Assembly (NCBI GenBank): GCA_944384925.1
Contig: CALWVF010000039.1
Coordinates: 32,087 to 96,086 of the forward strand
DNA length: 64,000 nucleotides
Direction of reading: 5' to 3'
Source: an uncultured Clostridia bacterium
Lineage (GTDB): Bacteria; Bacillota; Clostridia; Oscillospirales; Acutalibacteraceae
The notes beneath the pieces were generated by a model. The model did no database searches. It saw only the letters and a list, made by a program, of their open reading frames with translations, and was not told the DNA's origin. Of the stretch, positions 9,885 to 17,436 are shown one piece after another (within the stretch, counting starts at the first letter, position 1; each line of letters starts with the position of its first letter). The position numbers and the translations under genes were made by a program.

Positions 9885-11111
9885 CTAAGATATTGTTGTA
9901 TTCTTTACTTTTACGTAGCCTGTTATCGGTGATGGAACGGTAATTGTTTCAAAAGCTGAGCTTACAGTTGATTCTGCACTCATATTTTGAAACTTATATT
10001 TTGAATCTTTGAATATGGTAAGTTCTGTCATGCTTTCATATGCATCCACTGTGGAATACTTAGAAGAGCTATCAGAACCTCCTCCAAATAAAGCATAATT
10101 CCCTACGCTTGCTCCTGCTAACTCCCATCTTGCTTGACTTAATGCTGTCGTAGTACTCCTAGTTAAGCTAGTGTCATATGCATCTACTACGGGAGTATAA
10201 GTGCCAGATGAACCCCCTGCAAACAAAGCATAATTTCCTGCACTTGCTCCTGCTAAGTTAAACCTTTTTTCACTTAACGCTGTTGGAGTGCTTTTCACTA
10301 AGCTAGTGTTATATGCATCCACTGTTGAATAAATAGTACCACTAATAAATCCCCCAGCGAACAATGCATAGTTTCCTACATTTGCTCCTGCTAAACAATA
10401 CTTCGTTGAACTCAACGCTGTGGATGTACTTCTAGTTAAACTAGTACTATATGCATCTACTGTTGAATAATTAGTAGAACTACTATCCTGAATATGTCCC
10501 CCTGCAAACAATGCATAATCTCCTACACTTGTTGCGGCCAATTCACCTCTTGCTTGACTTAATGATGTCGGTGTACTTCTCACTAAGCTAGTGTTATATG
10601 CATTCACTACAGAAGACCCAATATAAGTACCAGCAGCATATGAAGAATAACCTCCGGCAAATAAAGCGTAATTTCCTACGCTTGCTCCTGCTAAGTTGCA
10701 TCTTCCTACACTTAATGATGTCGGTGTGCTTCTTGTTAAGCTAGAATTATAGGCATCTACTTTGGTATATAATATGTAGCCAGAAGTTGAGCTATAGGTC
10801 AACCCTCCAGCAAACAAAGCATAATCACCTACGCTTGCTCCTGCTAAGGAATACCTTGCTTGACTTAATGTTGTTGTAGTGCTTCTAGTTAAGCTAGCGT
10901 TATATGCATATACGTCTGCATAGGTAGAAGAACCATAACCTCCGACAAATAAAGCGTAATTTCCTACACTTGCTCCTGCTAAGTCGGTCCTTCCTGCATT
11001 TAATGCTGTCGGACTATTAGCTTTCACAAGCGTATTGCCGTCTGGATTATAATTCTCAAATTTAATTGTTGCATATCCTCCACCACGTCGTGATATTATA
11101 GCATTTCCCAT
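9885..11111 (-). CDS. Kelch-like 7-bladed beta-propeller repeat protein (putative receptor-binding/fibre protein)
   Basis: Seven ~46-50-aa repeats of the form LAGASVGNYALFAGG...(S)TVDAYNTSLTRSTPTALSQAR. The GG doublet plus aromatic pattern fits Kelch blades. Confidence 0.6.
   Translation of the reverse strand: MGNAIISRRGGGYATIKFENYNPDGNTLVKANSPTALNAGRTDLAGASVGNYALFVGGYGSSTYADVYAYNASLTRSTTTTLSQARYSLAGASVGDYALFAGGLTYSSTSGYILYTKVDAYNSSLTRSTPTSLSVGRCNLAGASVGNYALFAGGYSSYAAGTYIGSSVVNAYNTSLVRSTPTSLSQARGELAATSVGDYALFAGGHIQDSSSTNYSTVDAYSTSLTRSTSTALSSTKYCLAGANVGNYALFAGGFISGTIYSTVDAYNTSLVKSTPTALSEKRFNLAGASAGNYALFAGGSSGTYTPVVDAYDTSLTRSTTTALSQARWELAGASVGNYALFGGGSDSSSKYSTVDAYESMTELTIFKDSKYKFQNMSAESTVSSAFETITVPSPITGYVKVKNTTIS
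10017..10979 (-). repeat. Seven tandem ~140-150-bp coding repeats (Kelch-like blades)
   Basis: Recurrent DNA strings gcataatttcctacgcttgctcctgctaa / ccctgcaaacaaagcataat, at the period of the protein repeats. Confidence 0.7.
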
Positions 11112-11458
11112 TATCTCACCACCTCCAATTGAATAGGGATTGCTGTCGTTGGCTTATCTTCTAAACATATAGCCGTTATTTGATTTGTCCCTGTTTCTAT
11201 CTTAGAAACACATCCCCATGCTTCAAGTTGTTTTAAAGCTGTGGATTTTGTAGAACTTAATACAGCATCTACTATCGGTACATCTGTACTTGTAATTCCT
11301 GTAACTGTCACTGTTTGTGTATAGGGTGCACTGCTCCCTGTCCATGTCGTTGAAAGACTTGCTGTATATGTTTTTGTAGTTGTATCGGTATTTACAGTCC
11401 TTGTATTAAGAAACCCACATAAATTTTCAAGGGCTTTCGCGGCAGTAGCTACGTTTAT
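11111..11458 (-). CDS. Hypothetical fibre-module protein; start uncertain (GTG 11311, ATA 11458 or ATT 11476)
   Basis: The track ORF starts at GTG 11311. The frame is open for 55 more codons, back to the TAA at 11477-11479, with protein-like sequence (NVATAAKALENLCGFLNTRTVNTDTTTKTYTASLSTTWTGSSAPYTQTV) and no ATG/GTG/TTG. Confidence 0.4.
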   Translation of the reverse strand: MNVATAAKALENLCGFLNTRTVNTDTTTKTYTASLSTTWTGSSAPYTQTVTVTGITSTDVPIVDAVLSSTKSTALKQLEAWGCVSKIETGTNQITAICLEDKPTTAIPIQLEVVR

Positions 11459-11466
11459 TCTGCTTT

Positions 11467-13080
11467 TTAAAACAATTTATTCCTTTCAGAATCATAATCT
11501 TGTTTATCAGATTTATCCCCCTTAGGTCTTCCGGATTCCTTTTTTCTATTTGATTGGGTATAAAAGCTTTCATGTGGTGTAAATACATTGTTCCACCCAT
11601 TTTTATCCTCAAACTCTCTTTGTTTTAGCTCACTTTCAACATTTGCTATTCCCATAATTTCATATGCCTTCTTAATACTGCAATTAAGTTTTGTATACAT
11701 AAACTCCGATAAACTTTTTCTCATTTCAAAGTTTAATACCTCACTGTCAAGTATTCTTATTGTAGGAGACAGTTCTGGATTTAAACCCTTATCTTCCATG
11801 ATAACTTTATAAAATTTATTTATAACTCCCTCGAACTGTTCACCTATTGCATTAATCATTTTCATAAGTGCTTCGATAGCGATATTACATACATTAATAC
11901 TTGAATTATATGAATCCAAAAAAGAAACGCCCAAAGCTGTGAACACCTTTGAGCGATAAAAATTCAGTGTTTTTTCATCTGTTGTCTCAACAGATGGTTC
12001 AACATATTTTACAAAGTCAACCCAATGCTGAGAAGTATATAAAACTGTATCCTGCCTAAAGGCATTAGCTAATTCTTTATGCGCATGTGTAGCTTCTGCA
12101 AAAGCTTTTCTATTGCCTTCACTTCCTCCTAATTCTTTTCTTAGTCCTTGATGAATAATCTTTTTGGATTTTGCTTTAATTGTATTCTCGTCTGCCTTTT
12201 CTATAGTCTCTAACATTAAGGCTGGTTTTAGTGCCTTGAATACTGGACTAAGACCATAAAGTTCATCTAAGTTGTTTACTCTAATTAACCCCACTCTTTT
12301 TGGGTTTAAGGCAACCCATTTTTCTTTATTATTGTATGCATCAACGATTTCTGATGGATAATTGTTTTTTATAATTTCAGACATATCATTAAAAAATAGA
12401 TTTTTACCGTTCTTCTTTTTCCTAGATGATGGTTTAAGTTTTCTTTTTAATTCATCTATATTAAATGCTATTATAGGCTCTCCATTATACATATATTCTG
12501 TTACTTCACATATACCTAGAGGATACTTGTCAATAACATAATTGCCATTGTCATCGTTACGTAAATACAATATGTACGTACCTTCCAAGTAGCTCATGGG
12601 GATACCGTTTCTAAGTAATCTATCTAAGTTTACTTTATTATTAAAATCGTTTATTATATTTTGAATATCAATTGTATTATCTTCAGATGTATTTTGAGGA
12701 ATATTGTTAGGGGCATCTATTGTGTAGTCAGTGCTAACATAATTTTGAATTGATTCATACACTTTACCGATGATGTCATCCTTATTTACATACTGCTTAA
12801 CAAGTGCATTTATTTGTTTCACTTTATTTAAATCATTCTGTGGGTCATTAGCAAGGTTATTAACAAAATCTATAGTAGGGTGTTGTACAGAAGCCGCTTG
12901 ATTATCTAAAAAACTACTATATAACCCTTTTCTATATATGTCCTCATAGTCTTTAATTGCACTTGATAGTATCCTCTTTTCTATTTTTTCCATCTTATCA
13001 TTGTCTATAACGTCTTCTGAAACAGATGTAGCTAATAATACCTCATCTGAATCTGACATTATAACTTTAAAATCTTCCAA
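11467..13080 (-). CDS. Portal protein (putative)
   Basis: 537 aa, TTG start, immediately downstream of the large terminase. Acidic/basic C-terminal tail. Assigned by size and position. Confidence 0.6.
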   Translation of the reverse strand: MEDFKVIMSDSDEVLLATSVSEDVIDNDKMEKIEKRILSSAIKDYEDIYRKGLYSSFLDNQAASVQHPTIDFVNNLANDPQNDLNKVKQINALVKQYVNKDDIIGKVYESIQNYVSTDYTIDAPNNIPQNTSEDNTIDIQNIINDFNNKVNLDRLLRNGIPMSYLEGTYILYLRNDDNGNYVIDKYPLGICEVTEYMYNGEPIIAFNIDELKRKLKPSSRKKKNGKNLFFNDMSEIIKNNYPSEIVDAYNNKEKWVALNPKRVGLIRVNNLDELYGLSPVFKALKPALMLETIEKADENTIKAKSKKIIHQGLRKELGGSEGNRKAFAEATHAHKELANAFRQDTVLYTSQHWVDFVKYVEPSVETTDEKTLNFYRSKVFTALGVSFLDSYNSSINVCNIAIEALMKMINAIGEQFEGVINKFYKVIMEDKGLNPELSPTIRILDSEVLNFEMRKSLSEFMYTKLNCSIKKAYEIMGIANVESELKQREFEDKNGWNNVFTPHESFYTQSNRKKESGRPKGDKSDKQDYDSERNKLF

Positions 13081-13105
13081 ATTCTAACCGCCCCCTTTCA
13101 CTTCA

Positions 13106-14935
13106 TTAAAACTCAATATTAGAAACACATGATTCAGCTTGACAAATATCTTGTTTTTCTATATTTCTTTCAACTGTATCCTGCTTCTTTAATAAATATA
13201 GACCCCATGCACACAAGGCTGTAACGTATGCTCTGTCATCGTTGCAGTTCTTTTTCTTTTCGGGTGATACATCGTATCGGTAACTATTATTAGTACCATT
13301 GTATCTATAAATATTTATAAGCTCCTCGTGCGCAAGTTCTATGTTTTTATAAACTGCTATCTCATCTTCTGATAATTGATATGTGTATGGTTCTTGCTCA
13401 CCCTTGTTATCCTTAAATAAAGTAATATACTCATTATTGTCGTAACCCCCAACAAACTTTATAATACCTAAATTTAAGTATTCAATAAGGGCATCAAACA
13501 TTTGTGTTTTATATTTAGATGGAGATATTAAATTTAAGCAGTTATAAGCATTTGGAAATATCTCTATATATTCTTTTGAAACATCTGTATCAATTAGTCC
13601 CCTATGTTTTTTACCGTTAAAGTCTATCCAATCCTCCATAAAGTAATCAGCTAATATTCCTCCTCCGCCTCCTGAACCAGCATCAACAAATAAATCAATA
13701 GCTTCATAATCAGGATTTTTGCCATTGTATTTTAATATAAACTCTTTTAATAACTGTACTTGTTTAGGAATTTGTAGAGGTTTTTTGTGTTTGGAGTCAT
13801 AAAAAATTCCACAGTTAACAAATGTTCCACACCAACCAACACTTTGCTCATATTTACACTCCATTACTGCATAGGCAGAATTGTCAACCTTTTGTGCTGG
13901 GTCATAGGCTAGAATATATCTTTTCCTTTTAGATTTTTCTTTGTTATCATTATAAAAAACAGGTAAGCTTACAACTATATTTCTCATAAGAGTACTACGT
14001 TTTATTGGTTGATTATCTCCTCCGTTTATTGAAAATTTATTGTAATATTCCCTCATAGCTTTTTCTTTATTTTCCCTCATGGCATTATCAATAGTGGACT
14101 GTGATAACAGTGGCTTTATAGATACACCATTGTACATAGGATGCAACCCCATTTCAGCGTTCATATCACAAACAAAATACTTAGGGTCTCCCATAATCAT
14201 CTTTTTTGACCAGTCTTTATATGCTTTAAAAAAGTATTGGTCAACATCTGAAGCTGAAGAACACATTAATGCTTGATTTGGCATTTGTTTTGGTTCAAGT
14301 TCTGCATTTATGTGGTCACTTACTTTAAAGTCAGACGTAACACTTAAAAATGGAAGTGAATTTTGTATCAATCTCTCATCTAAAAATCCACACTCATCAT
14401 ATACATTTAAATTACTACGTTTTCCTCTTATAGTATCAAAATCGCTGGAAAGACTTGTAATCTCACTGCCATTAAACAAAGAATAATGAAACCCACTAGG
14501 TGCATGAACAATACCATCTTTGTTTGAAACTGATGTTATTAATTCACTGGAAAATAAGTCAGTTAAATCAGGGAAACTTTCAATCTGCCGCTTCATTATT
14601 TTTTCTATCTTCATAAACGACTCTTGGCTCTGTGAGCTTATACCACTTAGGATATAAGAAATATGATTGTTAAACAGAAGTTGTTTTGCCATAACAAAAG
14701 GAGCAACGAGAGTTGTTTTCCCGATGCCCCTTGAACACGCCCAAAGTATAAATTGTTTGTCCCAAGACGATAAAAATATATATTTTTGATTGTCAAGAAA
14801 CTTAAAGCCTATAAATTGCTCAACAAATTTTGTTGGGCTACTTCGACCCCACTGGACTATTTCCGACCACTTTTCATAAAGCTCTAATTTTTTTGAAGTG
14901 ATTTCTCTATTAGTTTTTTGTACATAAAACTCTAT
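13106..14935 (-). CDS. terL: Terminase large subunit (extended 81 codons upstream of the track ORF; apparent ATA start)
   Basis: The in-frame upstream extension encodes ...FILWACSRGIGKTTLVAPFV (Walker A). Walker B-like NVYDECGFLDE. Nuclease-domain acidic motifs ILAYDPA, VDAGSGGGG, CNDDRAYV. Confidence 0.85.
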   Translation of the reverse strand: MEFYVQKTNREITSKKLELYEKWSEIVQWGRSSPTKFVEQFIGFKFLDNQKYIFLSSWDKQFILWACSRGIGKTTLVAPFVMAKQLLFNNHISYILSGISSQSQESFMKIEKIMKRQIESFPDLTDLFSSELITSVSNKDGIVHAPSGFHYSLFNGSEITSLSSDFDTIRGKRSNLNVYDECGFLDERLIQNSLPFLSVTSDFKVSDHINAELEPKQMPNQALMCSSASDVDQYFFKAYKDWSKKMIMGDPKYFVCDMNAEMGLHPMYNGVSIKPLLSQSTIDNAMRENKEKAMREYYNKFSINGGDNQPIKRSTLMRNIVVSLPVFYNDNKEKSKRKRYILAYDPAQKVDNSAYAVMECKYEQSVGWCGTFVNCGIFYDSKHKKPLQIPKQVQLLKEFILKYNGKNPDYEAIDLFVDAGSGGGGGILADYFMEDWIDFNGKKHRGLIDTDVSKEYIEIFPNAYNCLNLISPSKYKTQMFDALIEYLNLGIIKFVGGYDNNEYITLFKDNKGEQEPYTYQLSEDEIAVYKNIELAHEELINIYRYNGTNNSYRYDVSPEKKKNCNDDRAYVTALCAWGLYLLKKQDTVERNIEKQDICQAESCVSNIEF

Positions 14936-14946
14936 AAATCATCACC

Positions 14947-16179
14947 TCAAACTCTTTGATATTTACTCTTATTTAAAATCTCATACTTAGTTTCTAATTG
15001 CTCTATATAACTTTGCATTTGAGAAATTATAGATTTATTGTCATTATTTCTTACTTTCTCTTGTCTGTACTGCTCTTCAAGTTTTGACACTTTTCCTTCA
15101 AGTTCTACTCGTATTTCTCTTAATTCTTTTATCATATCCCATAATTCGGATTCCTGAAGATTAATTTGCTCAATAATTGATTTATGACTTATATCTGCAA
15201 CCTGTTTCATAGATTCAGACGTTTGTATATCATATAAATTAACTTTAGCATCTCTTAGTCCAACCTCTCCAAGCTCTTTTACAATTCCACTTAAAGTCCC
15301 TGCTCCTTTGCTCTTTTGGGTACTGTAGCTAACGCTAATCCCATTATCTTTTGCAAGCCTTAAACAACTTGTGTACAGTTTTTCTTTAGAAGCTACCAAT
15401 GTACTTATTTTATTTGCATTATCTTCAATGTTATCAGGAGAAGCCATCATATTTGTAAAAGTTACGTTTAGTCTTTCAACTTGTCCTAAAGTCTTTACTA
15501 TTTCTATTACAATAAGCCTTTTAAATGGGTCTTCAAGCGTTGAATCATCTAAAAAGCGTATTAACGAGTTAAACAAGAATTTTCGCTCTTTAATTTCATA
15601 AGAAATAAATGGGTCATATCCTAGCATTTTTATACAATCGTTTCGATTAGTAATATCCTCTTCGTTTTCTACATTAGGATTTTCAACTACATTGCCATTT
15701 ATTTTTACTGCTCCCTCACGATACTTTTGCTCCAATAAATCTATATCTAAAAAGTTTGCACTGTCTCCAAAACTCTCCCCATAACCGCTATTAGCCTTAA
15801 AACTATTATATATATTTACGTAAGCAGTAGCGATTGAAACATTCATGCTAAGGCTTTTCTTTAGCGAACCCTCAAATATATTATTCGCATAATATAAGTC
15901 TATTTTTCTGCACAAGTAATACATAGCTAAATTAGTGTCGCCATATTGCCTACACATCTCATTAAACATTTCATTTATACAGTTCTTGCAATACGGAAGT
16001 TTACTCATGTTGTAGTTATAAATAGGATTATGTGATAAGTAAAATGAGTTCGGTTTTCCATTTAGTCCGCATCTAACACATAAAGGTGTACACACTGTTT
16101 GAGGTGTTTTTGTGGGGTCGTTTAAGTCTTTCTTTTTTATGGGCTTTGTTTTGGACGTTCCTTTCGGTCTACCAGCCAT
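14947..16179 (-). CDS. Putative terminase small subunit / DNA-binding packaging protein
   Basis: 410 aa. Basic N-terminus MAGRPKGTSKTKPIKKK, Cys pairs (CVRCG...CKNCI), long C-terminal coiled coil. Directly upstream of terL with its stop overlapping the terL SD. Confidence 0.35.
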   Translation of the reverse strand: MAGRPKGTSKTKPIKKKDLNDPTKTPQTVCTPLCVRCGLNGKPNSFYLSHNPIYNYNMSKLPYCKNCINEMFNEMCRQYGDTNLAMYYLCRKIDLYYANNIFEGSLKKSLSMNVSIATAYVNIYNSFKANSGYGESFGDSANFLDIDLLEQKYREGAVKINGNVVENPNVENEEDITNRNDCIKMLGYDPFISYEIKERKFLFNSLIRFLDDSTLEDPFKRLIVIEIVKTLGQVERLNVTFTNMMASPDNIEDNANKISTLVASKEKLYTSCLRLAKDNGISVSYSTQKSKGAGTLSGIVKELGEVGLRDAKVNLYDIQTSESMKQVADISHKSIIEQINLQESELWDMIKELREIRVELEGKVSKLEEQYRQEKVRNNDNKSIISQMQSYIEQLETKYEILNKSKYQRV

Positions 16180-16193
16180 ATATGTACACCTTC

Positions 16194-16520
16194 TTATTTG
16201 ATATTTTTATCAAACTGTATTTCTTTTAAGGCATTAGTTATATATTTACCTGCTTTAATTACAACCTTATACTTATCAGGCACTTTTATCTTAACTGAAT
16301 TATCCCTAGGGTCTCCCCTTAAATGAGATGGAACAAATTTTGTTAAGATGGTTAAAAAACCTCTATCTTGTATAATGTCTCTATTCTTGACTACTTCTAA
16401 CATAAGATTTTGATATGCATTTAAACAGTATCTACACTTCTCTTGGCTTAAACCTGTTTCTTTAGACATATATTTAATTATGTCATTTTTTAAATATACC
16501 TTATTTATATTTACCACCAC
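16194..16520 (-). CDS. HU/IHF-family (TF1-like) DNA-binding protein
   Basis: 108 aa. Pattern ETGLSQEK...LMLEVV...GF.T......P...RGDPRDN..VKIKVP.KYKVVIKAGK matches the HU fold, including the beta-arm with the R.P motif. Confidence 0.6.
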   Translation of the reverse strand: MVVNINKVYLKNDIIKYMSKETGLSQEKCRYCLNAYQNLMLEVVKNRDIIQDRGFLTILTKFVPSHLRGDPRDNSVKIKVPDKYKVVIKAGKYITNALKEIQFDKNIK

Positions 16521-16642
16521 ACTTTTGTTCTTTATATAGCTTACTTAAATAATTTATTATCATATAGAGTATTTTAAGCTTATTATTGGCTTAGAAAAGA
16601 TTTTTTCTAGGACAATCTATAAATTTCTAATGGTGGTTATTC

Positions 16643-17416
16643 TTATTTAACTTGTTCTCTTTTTTTATTATATTTAATATATTTTTTCTTTACTTTTTCT
16701 TTTGAACAGTCATTACAGTAAATTTGTCTATTTGACAGCTTCCATATCAACTCATTGCAGGTTGTACACCTTATCACCCTTTTATTTTTGCAAACATATT
16801 TCTCCCACCATAGTCCACATGTATTAAATTCATCTACACTTTTAAAGTCAAATTTTCGTGGTGACCCAGTAAAGCTATTATTTAAAAACGATAAGTAAAT
16901 TGACCCTTTATCATTAATAAATATTAATTCATTCGATAGTAACTCATGCAATATATTCACTGTATATGAATTGCTTGCACAGCTGTTCATCTTTTTTAAT
17001 CTGTTAATCCCTATATTAATCCAAAACTTAGATTGATGACTTAGTTCATTAATTTTACTACAGCAAAGTAAGCAAAATAATAATCGCTTTGATTTCGGTG
17101 AGATAGCTAAATTTTTAATATAGTCTAATTCTCCACTTAAAAATTCAATACTCTTTATTTCAAATAGCTTTGCATCCTTTTTATAGGCATTATTAATAGC
17201 CTTTTTTAGTGTTAAATAATAATCTGTTAAATTATAATCACTTATGTTTCTGTTACAAAATTCAATTAAATCATCTTTACAATCTTTTTTACTCATGTTT
17301 TTAAGAAAACGGTTATACTTTGCAAGTATAAATAGCTCCAAGCCCCACTTTTTAGACTGGAACCCATTTGCTATAATCTCCAGCACATACATTTTTTCAT
17401 CTAGGATATTAAGCAT
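16643..17416 (-). CDS. Hypothetical protein with C-terminal zinc ribbon (possible transcription factor)
   Basis: 257 aa. C-terminal RCTTCNELIW...IYCNDCSKE (CxxC-x15-CxxC). Immediately downstream of the RNAP-like gene. Confidence 0.35.
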   Translation of the reverse strand: MLNILDEKMYVLEIIANGFQSKKWGLELFILAKYNRFLKNMSKKDCKDDLIEFCNRNISDYNLTDYYLTLKKAINNAYKKDAKLFEIKSIEFLSGELDYIKNLAISPKSKRLLFCLLCCSKINELSHQSKFWINIGINRLKKMNSCASNSYTVNILHELLSNELIFINDKGSIYLSFLNNSFTGSPRKFDFKSVDEFNTCGLWWEKYVCKNKRVIRCTTCNELIWKLSNRQIYCNDCSKEKVKKKYIKYNKKREQVK

Positions 17417-17436
17417 CTCTATTTTCCACCCTTTAA

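Noticed and set aside
9950-11050. Periodic ~145-bp DNA repeats (checked as a possible CRISPR or satellite array)
   Set aside because: The repeats are in frame within one long ORF and translate to Kelch-like blades. There is no short-repeat/unique-spacer organisation. No CRISPR array was seen anywhere in the window.
11427-11612. 61-aa minus-strand ORF overlapping the portal 3' end
   Set aside because: It is an alternative frame of the portal gene, with no SD and a nonsense-like composition. The stop-free stretch just downstream is better explained by the next gene's upstream extension.
14900-14946. +1 programmed frameshift from the short ORF ATG(14942) ATT TAT AGA GTT TTA TGT ACA AAA AAC TAA into the terminase frame
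   Set aside because: A AAA AAC looks like a slippery heptamer, but it would support a -1 shift, not the +1 that is required. The primase has the same SD-N7-ATA layout without any comparable slippery site. AUA start or start-codon mutation is therefore the more economical reading.
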